This document shows positions 38,090 to 50,240 of a stretch of 64,000 nt of DNA, one piece after another. The stretch covers positions 15,004,001 through 15,068,000 of the forward strand of contig CM114271.1 of the NCBI GenBank assembly GCA_050084515.1, written 5' to 3'. Within the stretch, counting starts at the first letter, position 1, and each line of letters opens with the position of its first letter. Made by a program: the position numbers and the translations under genes. A model generated the notes under the pieces. The model did not search any database and had not been told where the DNA came from. It saw only the letters and a list, made by a program, of their open reading frames with translations. Origin of the DNA: Blasia pusilla. Lineage: Eukaryota.

Positions 38090-40291
38090 CTGGGGACTTT
38101 GATAATAACCAGAACTAAACTGAAAGGTAGAAAATGTGACAGCAAAAAACTGGCATGCCAATTCCAAGCCCATAAAAAAATTGGTGATTCAAATTACATG
38201 CAGGAAATAGCCTGAGAAGGAAAAAAATCTTGGGCAAAAACCTGATAAGGTAAAAAGTCTTAGGGGGTCGGCTGAGGCATATTTCAGAAAACCTAAATGT
38301 TTCAAATAGTCCCGGTAAAAATACTGTCCGAGCCCTGTTTGGGAGGTACCTTAGCTTCACCCCTGCTACAGCGCCGGACCCGGGTAACCGTAGCTAACAA
38401 TAGGCTAAAGTGCTTTTGCGCCTAATATGGGACTCCATTGTCGCTAAGTCACCGGAGATGCATCGCTGCTTAGGGCACGGCCAGCTGATTCGTGATCCTG
38501 CGGCTAGCCACATCGCCAACCTTGCTTCCGCTATCCAGCTAACACGCCCACTACGCTGCCACACAGCTGCGTAGTTGGGGCTAGACTTGTGGCCTAGTGC
38601 CCGAGCCTACTGCCGATGATCGTCTCACTCCTACGTTCGACCCCTGGAGCGACCTAGTCCGAAAAACGTCCGTCCGCCTACGTCCATCTGGCTCCGTCTT
38701 CAACCGCGGCTAGCGCCGCTTCCGCTGCTCGCCCTCTTTAGCCACCAACTGTGCCGCAGAGCCGACATTCTCCCTCAACCGGCCGTGCCCAGTTTTGCCC
38801 GACCGACCCGTTTTAGCTGCCGACTCAGACCTGCCACGACCGTGTTTTCCCCTCCGTCCAGCCGGCTGCTACTGCCGCGACCGAGCATCTACTGTTGCCC
38901 TGGCATGTGGGAGTAGCCGCTACTCCCTCCTACTACTGCCAACCGCGATCAACGGCTCCAACTCACTTGCAGTCGGCGGCTGCACTTCCGGCCCTCTGGC
39001 CACTGATCCCGCGGCCTTGTGCCTGCGTTTTGGGGTTCCGTTGCGCAGTCCGTCTCACCGTCCGTGCGACCGTGCCGGGTTAGTGCCACCTGCCGTCAAG
39101 TTGATTCTGGCTCGGCCACAACTGATTAGCTACGGCATCGCGACCACCTCCTGGCCGTGACTCTCGGCCATGCGTGACTGCGTGACGTTGTAGTTGCTTG
39201 GTTGTCGCATCTGTTCATCCCCTAGTGACGGCCCTTTGTTCGTCTAACTACCTTCACGGCCTTATGTCCATTGCCGTTATATTAATGACGGCCATCGACA
39301 CGTTGGAGGTCCGCGCCACCATGCACTTGTTCTTGGCGGTCCACTTCACGTGCCAAAAATCATCGACCGATTGTGAGTATTGGCTAGGAGGGCAGGTAAT
39401 TTTTGTGGATTGATGGGGTCGTAGTTTCTTTCCCGCTTTGCCATGTCCAGAGAGGCAGCCGTTCGAGGACGATCAAGTACCATGCCGTGACGCCCGTAGC
39501 CGCAATGCGCCGCCAATTGCCGCATCGTGCCGCTTGTGGCTGCTCCGCACCGTTTGGATCGTGGATCCGCACCATCACTGGGAGATGAGCGTGTGTTTTT
39601 TTGATTGAGGAGGTTATGCCACCGAGTGCCGCATTCCATTCACGAGTGCCATGCCGTTTTTAGCCGTTGCGTGCCACCAGTGCCACACCGTACCGCTGGA
39701 CCCGCACTGCACATCGAGGAGATTTGAGCATTGTCGGTACTAGAGGAGTACGACTTGCTATTTGGAGGAGTTGTCTTCACAACCGAGTTGGGATCGAGGT
39801 TTTTCAGTTGCCGAGAAGTGGCATAGAATTTTATTCAAGTTACCCATTCTGGTCTTTTGCCCTGCACGTGTTAGGGAATTCCGAGTATTGGGCAATTATT
39901 TGGGATATTGGGTTTCGTGTTGATTCTGAGAGCATCATTGATGTATGGGTTTAGGGGACATAGACCTGTGTGGGATGTCCATAGTTGAGGGTGTGTCCTG
40001 TCAATGAGATGATAGGACAATACATGATTTTCCGCACCACGCCGCTTGTTACCGCACAACACACGTCTAAATGAGAGAGTGCAGCTTGAGTGCTGCATGT
40101 TAGATTGAGTGATTGCGTGATTACTTGCGAGGTTGAGAGTGATCGTGTGAGAGGGGCACGAGGGTCATCACGACGTCCTTTCGGGACTTTGAGAGGGGAG
40201 GTGGTGGACCTGAGAGTAGCTCTAGAGGTTTATCCAGAGTGGTGCAAGGTTTCGAGGGTCTCCACGCGAGAGACCACCTCGATCTCCTTCT

Positions 40292-43200
40292 GTGTCGTCT
40301 TCAGACAAGGGGGAGAGCATAGAGGAATGTGTTAGTGATCCACCGCACACATTGAGTGGTCCTACCAGTTGGGCGTACGAGATGGATGACCTGGATAGAG
40401 GACCGCGTAGGTTTTCGGGTGCTGTAGGCACAATAGAGTTGCACTACTTTATTGCAGAGTTTAGGAGTTGGTGTGACTCGCCGCGGGCTAGGAACTCTAG
40501 AGAGTTCAACGCGTTTACAAAATGGATCGGTATGTTCTAGCACCTAGTGAGGGCACCCATGGACGATTACCATGAGTTCTCCCATAGATATGCCTAGGAG
40601 ATTGAGGCATGGCAACTCTACTATGACCCACATTATGTGTCATGGACTGAGCCGTTCCCAGATGAGGATGAGGAGTCAGGAGAGGTTACTTCCTCTTCTG
40701 CGAGTGATGTGTTAGGAGGGGTGACTCGCACTGGAGCAGTTGCACCATCTAGTCGGGTCCGTCCTAGGTTCCCCCGTGGTTGAGTTCTTTGCTGAGTTGC
40801 GAACAAGCTACCAAGGGGATACGGACGGAGAAGTTGCAGAGCATCCACGACTTCCAGAGGCGCCCGGGTGAGAGTTTGCGTGAGGCCTACACTCGCTTGC
40901 GTAGGTTGATTAACGTCACTCAAGAGGTGACATAGGCCTAGGCTATCCAGTCATGGTACGTGATGCTGGACCGAACCCTGTGGACACAGGTGCGGGAGGG
41001 GGTGCTTCTTATGAACACCTCACCCACGTTGAGAGATGTTTTTAGGACCACCGAGAAAATTGAGCGCAATGTGGCGGAGAAGACCGTAGCTACCATGGGT
41101 TTTGGGCGAGAGCAGTCACGATTGTCTGCACCACTAGTGCAACAACATGGATTCCGAGATAAGTCTCTGGCACCACGAGCTCAGGGAGGATACCGGGAGG
41201 TCATGCCACAGAGACATGTGCCTTCATATGCGGCTCAGCAGCAGTTGCCTACGATTATTTGTTGGTCATGTGGTGGAGCCCATCATCAGGGCGATTTCAC
41301 TCGTGAGGGTCATGGACGCGTGCCTCAGCATGGAGGAGGAGATGGTGCTGCACCAAGAGGTTATTAGTGTTACTATTGTCATAGGTACGGCCACACATGC
41401 GCCGGGTGTTTCAGCTTGCACCCTGAGTTACGTCCGGACCGAGGGCTAGAGGGAGCACCAGAGCAAGTTTCCGGTCCGGGTGGGCTTAGAGGTCATGCAC
41501 TAGATGTTCCGGTTGGAGGACGAGGAGTTGGATTCACCCGAGGGGGTGGTGGAGTTGCCCATGGAGGAGGTAGAGTCCACCACCTAGACGGGTTGAGGGA
41601 GATGTTGGGCGTGAGGCTGGGATGGCTGCTCAGATACAACAGCTACAGTAGCAAATTGCCGCTATGGCATTGAGGCTACCTGATGTCGGATCTGTGGCAT
41701 CGACGTCTTGTGGAGTAGCCAGAGATATGAAGGATCCTGGTTGGATGTGCGGGTTTGCTCAGATGGAGGCCGCCGCAATGGTTACGCGTGGAGCAACTGC
41801 AAAGTTGGATCCATAGCGAGGGCAAGCCAAAAACCGACTCGGCTTCCTCAGTCTTTCCAGTTGTTTGAGGCGATGAGGACCCCATCGATGGGTCCTGATC
41901 AGTGTTCCCGGAGAGTTGGTGAAGTTTCTGGTGTGCAAGCATGGAGGGCGAAGGGAAAAGCAAGTGCGACGACTCCTATTGTTGATGCTCAAGAGGAGCA
42001 TGTATCGAGCATGTTGTTGGGGGCCACCACTATTGTGTACCACACTCCTTTATTTTCTGCTTCCGATGTTATGACGTTGGGAGGTTTGCCCGCCGAGGTT
42101 TTACGGCTGGCCGCTATGCTATGTGAGCATGGAGTTGGAGTTCCTGCATCACATTCAAAGGTGATTGCAAAGGAGGTGATGGACCTACCCTTATAGTCGA
42201 TGCTCGGGCTGTCCACGTCAGAATCATGGCAAGTTGCAGTTGCTAGGATGGCGGAAATGCCTGCTAGACCCGCGATAGAGCGTGCCATGGCTTCTCATGG
42301 TGTTGTATTGTTGGATAACCGGGGAGAGGTCTTCGAGTTGGTGAGTCCAAGAGGAAGAGTTTTTCGTCCGTAGCGCGTCTTGTTGGATTGAGGATCGCAA
42401 CCCCTGATGTTGGTGAAAGCTACATTCAAAGGATTGGGCTTGACAAGAGCCGATGTGGAGCGTTGTCCATTTCGGATACAAACATCCTTGGGTGGAGCAA
42501 GTACCACACAGTATATTACCCGACATGAGGTCGTGGTGAGGATTTTCCCAAGACATCCTAGAGATGAGTCCGTGGTGCAAGCCAAGGCGATAGTGACCGA
42601 TGTAGAGTCCTACGACGTCTTGGTTGGTGGAGCAGTGTTGTACCCGATGGGGTTTTCCCTGGATTATTGGGAGGAGTTAGCATCCTACAGACCAAAATGG
42701 AAGTCCGGTGATGGACGACTTTGTTCATTACCCGTTTGATTCACAGGTGCAGTGCTCGAGCAACGGCCAGGAGAGATGGGGACCTTAGTAGCATTTAGCA
42801 GCGCCATCACTTGGCCTAGTGATTTGATTGAGGGACATGCCCATGCAGAGGACACTCTCGTTCCTGATATTTCTATGGAAAGAAGTGTCATGGTAGCTCC
42901 ATCAATCCGTGGAGGCAAGATGCCGCTTTGGGGCTTGACTGAGGAGCTTCGAGGCTTAGCCGCTGAGCATGTGTACACCGTGTGGAGCGAGGCGTTTGCA
43001 CCAAAGCGTGTCGGGTCAGAGGAACCCGAGGTAGAGAGGAGTGCTCCTATGACCCCTTTGGACACCACCCCGATTGTGTGGCGCATCCCAGAGGAGGGTA
43101 TTCGTGTGTTGGATCTCTTTGGAGGGATCAACATTGGTTTAGCTATTGTTTTGCAGGCAGGAGTACACGTGCAACAATACCTATATGTGGAGATTAATGA

Positions 43201-46099
43201 TGTTGTGAGGTGTGCTTCACTCCACCATGTGATGCAATTACGCCTACGTGTTCCCCACTTGTTGTCTGTGTCCGTTGTCCAAGGATACCATAGTTCCCTA
43301 CCAAGGGATATTTCATTGCTAGGGGCGCAGGACTTGGAGCGGGTAGGGACCATAGACTTGGTCATTGCTGGTTGGCCGTGTTAGGGCCAATCAAGAGCCA
43401 GACAAGGTAGAGGATTAGCTGACACTCAGTCCATGTTGTTTTGGGAGATGATGCGGATCTTGCGATACTTACAAGAGCATCAATCTTGTTCTCGAGCATA
43501 CATTCTGGATAATGTGCCGATTTTTGGGCGATTCGAGGTTCCGCATGGTGACAAGTGCACATCAGGTGCGTGCATGGATCAGCCCGGGAGTGTTGTTAGA
43601 TGGGGCAAGTGTAGGTTCACTAGCACATCGTCCGCGTCTCTGGTGGACTAACTTGGTGCTACATGAGGTTTTGCGGAGGGCATAGGTGAGAGTGGAGCGC
43701 CCCTCCGATTTTAAGGTGGATTCTATTCTGGACCCAGGTCGGCGATCCCAGATAGTGAGGCACGATGATCAACAGTCAATCCTCATGCCACGAGCAACCT
43801 TTCCCACTTTGGTGAGTTTTCCTACTTCCGATGCATTCCAATGCAAGGAGGCCGGGCTTGGCTTGGTTTGGGATGACCAGGTATAGCGGTTGGTGGAGCC
43901 CAACGTCGATGAGCGAGAGCAAGCGATGGGATTCCCCATACGAGTGACGACACTACCGTCACTATCAGAGGCATCACGACGTCATGTCTTGGGTCAGGCG
44001 ATGGACCTGAACTGCTTGACATGGATTTTCAGCTCAGGAGTAGTTGAGCGGTGTTGTTTGAGGATGCAACAAATCACAGTTGTTGCATTGGTGAGCCCCA
44101 TGCCTACCGAGACGGTTGAGGTAGTGGCTGGGGGCGAGACCCGAGGAGATGGACACATCGGGGGTGATCAAGGGGGACACCCTTGGACTGCTTGGGATGT
44201 TTTGCAGGTACACCAAGAGATGGTAGCTATAACATCAAGCGTGGTTGTGGGCACTGCACATGGAGATCCGATTTTGCAGTTGGTTGTAGGAGAGCAGTCG
44301 AGTTCTGTTGTTCAAGATGGGGTTGCACCATAGCAGCCACTAACACCCATGTCGGAGAGTCCTACCGTAGTCATGATGGAGACTTGGGAGCCATATATGG
44401 GCCCTAAGTTGACACGAGGAGAGCGGCATCGGATACACTCCTATAATTCCTTAGGAATTATATGGGTTGTTTTGCATTTAGCATATATGATTTGAGTATG
44501 TTGAAGGGCCTAGGGATCGCATTGAGTTTTTGAGTGACATGTCGATCTTCTAAGGACCCTACAAGTACAGTGACATGGACAGGGCTCTGATTCAGAGTAG
44601 GAGTCAGGACTTGGTTGGAGCAGGACTATTGGAGATGTCACATGGAGAGTATGCATCTGCCACTATCATGCCCACCAAGAAGGATGTGCATGGCAACTGG
44701 ACGGATAGGCAGATGTGTGAAGATTACCGACCTATCAATCAATAGACGAAGTCCGATAGGTATGCCATGCCCACTCCTGAGGAGAATTTTGATGTTGTTG
44801 GGCATGCAAAGGTCTTCAGTTTGTTAGATCTTCGAGCCGGATACCATTAGTTGCCTATCGGATTGGAGGACAGACAGAAGACGGCTTTTTGGGGATCAAG
44901 AGTGGCACCAAAAACTTTGGGGATCATGGATGGCACTTGGGGGATGAGCGAGAGAGTATTTCAGATGCTCAAAGATAGATTGACGTCCGCGCCCATATTG
45001 AGGAGACCGATCAGGGGGCGTCCTTTCCAATTGCATACCGATTAGAGCATGTTTGGGCTTGGAGCCGTGCTCACCCAACATGACGATGAGGATAGAGAGT
45101 TCGTGGTGGCTTATGCTAGTTGCTCGAACAACGCTGCAAAGGCAAAGTATAGCCCATATGAGGGTGAGTGTTTGGCTGCAATGTGGGCTTTCGCACATTT
45201 CACATGTTATTTTTTCGGCAACTCTTTCACCATTATTACTGATCATCAACCACTTAAGTGGTTGATGGAGCCGACAAGCTTAGAGGGAAGCTTGTGAGGT
45301 GGGCTCTTTTGTTGTAGGAGTATGACTTCTAGGTGGTGCATAGAGCTAGGACGCTCAACCAAGACGCAGATGGTTTGAGCCGTAACCCATGCCCGAGTTA
45401 GTGAGATGCGATTGGAGCTCGTTGGCATGGAGAGAGTGATGAGGAGTTGGTGCGAGGATGGCACACATCACCCAATTTGGGCTTGTTGGCTATGGAGAGC
45501 CAGATTACTAAGACTTTGATGGCGAGGTCTGATGGAGAGTCCTTAGATCCAGAGGTCGGTGAGGAGACGACATGTGGCTGGGACATTCACAATGATGGAG
45601 TGGTCTTGGAGTACTTGTGTATTGGCAGTGTTGTGAGCACAATGGGTGCTAGAGAGCCGGATTGGATCCTATAGCAAGCCAGATAGTTCCGGTGGGAGGG
45701 GACACATGTGTTGCGAGTGTGGGAGGATGATAGAGTATGTGTAGTGCCTCATCCTTTATAGAGAGCAAGTTTGGTACGTCATGCCCACGAGGAGTTGGGT
45801 CAATTTGGAGTGAAGCGGACGTACAATTTGCTCCAGATACAATATTGGTGGCGAGGCATGTATATTGACGTCCATCAATTTGTTGCCAGGTGCAGGGTTT
45901 GTGATTGGGTCCGAGGATCGTTCAATGCTCCGACTCCATAATTGCATCCACTTCTGATCATGGGTTTAGGTTATAGATGGAGTTTGGATTTTGGAGGACC
46001 TTTACCTTTTATGGAGCGACATAGTTGTTATGTGTTGGTGATGGTCGAGCACTTCTCAAAGAGGATAGAGTTAGTTACATTGCGTGCCTATGGTGTCCA
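40292..46099 (+). mobile_element. Ty3/gypsy retrotransposon copy 2 (degenerate): gag - protease - C5 DNA methyltransferase - partial RT - RNase H - truncated integrase
   Basis: Gag-like GPRRFSG...FIAEF (~40400). Zinc knuckles CWSCGGAHHQGD (~41260) and CYYCHRYGHTCAGC (~41368). Protease VLLD*GSQPLML (~42380). DNMT 43091-44040. RT start DRYAMPTPEE...LDLRAGYH*LP...KTAFWG. RNase H PFQLHTD, IITDHQPLKWL. Integrase HAHEELGQFG, RWSLDFGGP, VMVEHFSK, truncated at ~46085. Colinear with copy 1. Confidence 0.92.
43091..44040 (+). pseudogene. DNMT3-like cytosine-5 DNA methyltransferase domain within the pol of copy 2
   Basis: IRVLDLFGGINIG; YLYVE; IDLVIAGWPC* (CAG to TAG at 43381); AYILDNV; LDGASVGSLAHRPRLWWTNL; EPNVDEREQAMGFP...SEASRRHVLGQAMDLNCL. 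Confidence 0.92.
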
Positions 46100-46945
46100 T
46101 GTTAGGAGGGACCCAGGAAGTGAGTTATAATCGCGAGTCCAAGAAGGAAAGATCTTAGTGTGACCCACCAATGTCAAAACCTAGACTAGCTAGGAAGGGT
46201 GTTAGGACTAGGCCCTATGTAAGAGGCGTACGTATCTTGAGACAAGCCTTACGTGAGAAAGGGGCATACAAAGGCAAAGTCAAGTAAGGATTGAGACTTT
46301 GGGGCCAAGCACCAATCTATGGACGAAAAGTAAGGAACATGTGAGTAGTCAAGATGGATGAGACAACACAAGACTAGTCACGAAATGCGAAGGGCGGCAA
46401 GACAACCATGAGATGCTAAATGGGGAGTCAAGATGGGCGCTAGCCAATAGAAAAATAAAACTCGGGTTCAAGCTCCAAGTGCTTTTGGGGAGCCAAAAGT
46501 TACACAATCTTCAACTTAATCTCAAAGGTTAGCCTCCGCGAAGCCATCTTAATGTATAACTCGTCAAACGCTAATCCGCAGATCGTGAACTACGTTTGGG
46601 TTGAGGAAAAAAATCAAGGGACGGAGGGAGATAATGGGGAAGGTGGGGTTACATTCTCCCTCACTACTTGGCATACCCGCTTAAGTCCTTAAACTAGGAA
46701 ATAACAGTGATGTGTGTTTGGTTACGTTTCCTATTTGAGCTAGGGGACGCACCTTGAGGAATTAATCGTCACATTTTGGTATAGGTGTTTGGGGAGATTG
46801 GTTGAGGCTTGGGAAAGAGGCTTCAAAGTGAGACGATACATAATTGGGGAGACTTGACTCGATAAGTGCTCGGTAATTTCTCGGCTATCTACAAAAAGCC
46901 CAACCAATTGAGTCTTCGAGACTTAACCTAAATCTTCTACTAACA
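46100..46945. mobile_element. Possible LTR-like segment truncating the integrase of copy 2
   Basis: Begins TGTTAGG close to where integrase homology stops; CTAACA at 46940-46945; no TSD found. Confidence 0.3.
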
Positions 46946-48892
46946 AAGCTCAAGGTTGAAAGGGCTTCGCAGAAAAGCTAGAAAAAATATATGTCAAACT
47001 CTATAATGACACCAAATCATAAGGATAAGGATATACAAAGGAACCACTAAAGAGTTAATTATATCAATTCCTAAAATTGATCAGCGACAACTATGAAAAC
47101 CTTAATACAAAAACTTAATTGTGGTGTTTTGTTAGCCCCCCATTTTCTTTCTTATGGGTTTTTTTCTTAAAGAAGGAGAATACGAGGGATATTGAAGGAA
47201 ACTTCTATAAGAGAAATGACATTCGTGAAAAATTCTCTAAAGAGAGACCTCTTTAATATAAACATAGCCATATGTCATGCAATGGCTTACATTACTAATA
47301 TGATGGAAATCCAAATAAGGGTACAAACAGGTGTGATTGTATGTCCCTTTGAGTCTCCCCAATAGGTCATGTACTTAGGGATGAAATTTGTCAAATTTTC
47401 TATTAAGGTGGTAGATGGAGGAGGAATGTAAAAGGCTAGTTAAAATGGTTTAGGTCCAAGCTTGGTCATTATGGTATTTATGATGGAAATCTCGACCCTC
47501 AGTCCAAATTACGACCCCCAGTCAAAATTTTAAAGGATAACCAACTACGATAACATCCGCATGCAAATGTTACAATAATTCAATTTTGAGAACCTCAACG
47601 GATTTCCGATGTTCTTAATGGGAACATAATATAAGAGATCCAATGACGTTATATGGGTGTCCCATGGGCCGCCAAATGACATGCCCAATTACAAGTTGCT
47701 TAAATGCATAACACATGCTTACATCACTAATATGGCAAGTAACACAAGGGGCCATGTTTTCCCCTTGTGAAGGAGTATTAGACAAGTTGTAGAGGCATAT
47801 GAGAATCGGTTCACACAATATGGGATGTATGCATTCCTATGATATTATATTTGAGAATCCAGATTTGATAGAGTTTGTTAGACGGCCCATATCGGTATGA
47901 TATACATAATTTATCATTAGTTTAGGAATTTAAACAATTTTCCTTTCATCCCAAAAATCACATAAGACTAACAAAATTCCTCTTAAAAAAAACTCCCCTA
48001 TCCCCTCACCCTCAAGTTGGAGGCACTTAGTGTGCTTCTCTTGGTGGATGATTGGCATTGGGCCAAGCAAGTGAGATGCATGAGGAGGAGGGCATGTTTT
48101 TCTATATGCAATGTTTTTTCATGCCTCATGTTTCAACTTGCCCTAACCAGGCGATGTGTGCTCCTTGGCACTCAAGAAGGGAAAGGGAAATGCTACATCT
48201 CACACTTGGATGGAAATGGGCGATGGCAAGGTGCACCCTCTTTCGGACAATATTGAGCCAAGCTTACTGCATAGAATCCTTGAGTGGAGCTGGTCGCACC
48301 CGGGACATCCTAACCTATGTCATAACTTATGAAAGCATACTTTGACAAGAACCAATTCACGAGTGCCAATTCCTCCATATTAGGGAAGATAGCAAGTATC
48401 ATGGTGGCCTTAATATGATGCCTCGCGCTTATTCATCCTCGGATTAGAAAGCCCGAGGTTAGGTTAGTGAACCTTGATCCCTCTCTAAAATTCTGATGGA
48501 AAGGAAGGTTAATTGTTTTACGTTATCCTTACTGTTGTGCAAGAGACTATACCAAAATGGGCAACTCCTCCCCTGTAGAACAGCAGGTCGTGTGTTCGAA
48601 TGTGGGTGGTATGTTTGACTTTGTCTAAGTGTCTCTCACTACTTAACTCGACTCTCACCCTCCATGGTTTAACTTGAGGATGAATAGACACGAGAATACA
48701 ATGGAATGTCATATGAATAATACAATGCAAAAATGCCAACTACTTCATCTTTCTTTGGAGGCCCTCCCACGAGGGAAGGGTTATGGAGTTAGGGATTAGC
48801 ATATGGTGGGGTCTCAAAATAGGGGGTCCTAAAATGGTACTACCTCCTTTGATCATTTCGGCCCGGCATAACCCCATTGGAGATATTTCTTC

Positions 48893-49095
48893 TAATAAAC
48901 CTTAATTAAAAATACATACATATCATTCTACGGGGCCCTATTGCAACATCCTACTTTTTATAATAAACCTTAATTAAAAAATACATACGTAATGTTATAA
49001 TGGGGCCCTATTGGAACGTCTTACTTCTTATAATAAACCTTAATTAAAAAATACATACGTAATATTATAATGGGGCCCTATTTGAACGTCCTACT
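48893..49095. repeat. Three-copy ~68-70 bp tandem repeat
   Basis: TAATAAACCTTAATTAAAAA(A)TACATAC...GGGGCCCTATT starts at 48893, 48961 and 49031. Confidence 0.92.
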
Positions 49096-49582
49096 ACGAC
49101 AGAACTCCGTTTAGAAACACTACGGGCACGGCGCTACGGTGGGCCCTTTGAGCCGCCTCCGCAGGACTAACACCGACTGCCCGTAGTTATTTGGACGTGC
49201 GCCGATGAGGGGAACGGGAGGCTTATGGAGTCGAATGGGATTCGCTGACTGTATGGAATGAAGATTAATAATGGCTGTGCACGTGGAGAGCACGGGGGTA
49301 TTACCGGGAACCGGAAGGTTCCCGGTTTTTACAGCCGGCAAATGGTATTCCCGGTTTGTGAACCGGTTCCCAGGCACTATCTGAGAAGAAAGAAATACCT
49401 CCTTCCCGAGCAGTTTGTTCCCGACGACTTCCGAACGGAACGGGCAGTTTTGATTTTCGACCGGCTAGGGGTTATGGGAAAAAGATGCACTTCGATAAAA
49501 AAGAGCCGGTGTGGTTATGGCCACACCGGCTCGCCCCCGCACGTTGCGCAGCAGTTTGACCAGCTTCTCAAGGATCGCGAGT

Positions 49583-50240
49583 CAGAGTGAGTGAGTGAGC
49601 GAGCGAGCGAGCGAGCGAGGAGAGGGAGTGAGTCAGCGATCGTCCGTTTCTTGCTCGCATGATTGCAGTCCGCTCGCAGCAGACGTGAGAATTCGCAGGA
49701 TTCCCAACTGCGCTGCACAACTTCTCCACTCCTCTGTAAAGAAAACCGAGGAGTTTTCACTCCGTTTGCATCTGAAGTTTGACCGCAACCGCGCGCGCGC
49801 TGTGTCTCACTGCGTCGTTCTTCTTGCAGTTCGGATCAAGGGATACATCCATTGATGAATGAATCAAGCGTTCAATCAGTCACTTCATCAAGCAATCAAG
49901 CAAGGAATCAGTCAATGAATGGAGAGTGAGTGCGTGAGTGAGTGAGCGATGATGAGCATGTAGGGGAAGGATTTGGGATCTGCAACTGCACGACGGCGGC
50001 GTCGAATGCCGGAGCGGGTGGCGCTTTTGTTTTCTTCAGAGCAATCATGCGTGTAGAAAGCTAGGCAGTGCCCTGATTTGCTCCTCGAGCATGGATTTTC
50101 CGGATTTCATGAGCAACAGCGACGACGACGACGACCGCAATCTTGCAATCGAACTGCGGACTGTGGCGTGCGGTTAGAAGACTGAGCAGCACAGGGTTGC
50201 GGAAGAAGGCGGAGAAGAAGAAGAAGAAGAAGAAGAAGAG
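49583..50240. repeat. Microsatellites in the promoter/5' leader of the amino acid transporter gene
   Basis: (GAGT)n(GAGC)n at ~49585-49620, (GAC)n at ~50121-50135, (AAG)n at ~50212-50238. Confidence 0.8.

Larger units (their letters stand above)
34031..38337 (+). mobile_element. Full-length hAT DNA transposon (4307 bp)
   Basis: 16-bp TIRs CAAGGCTCGGACAGTA (34031-34046) and TACTGTCCGAGCCCTG (38322-38337), one mismatch. Perfect 8-bp TSD TTTGGGAG (34023-34030, 38338-38345). Internal transposase. Confidence 0.95.
32801..38399. mobile_element. Possible LTR-like element (TGTTAG...CTAACA), ~1.3 kb without the nested hAT
   Basis: Inverted termini TGTTAG (32801) and CTAACA (38394-38399); non-coding. 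No TSD was found, so the call is tentative. Confidence 0.35.
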
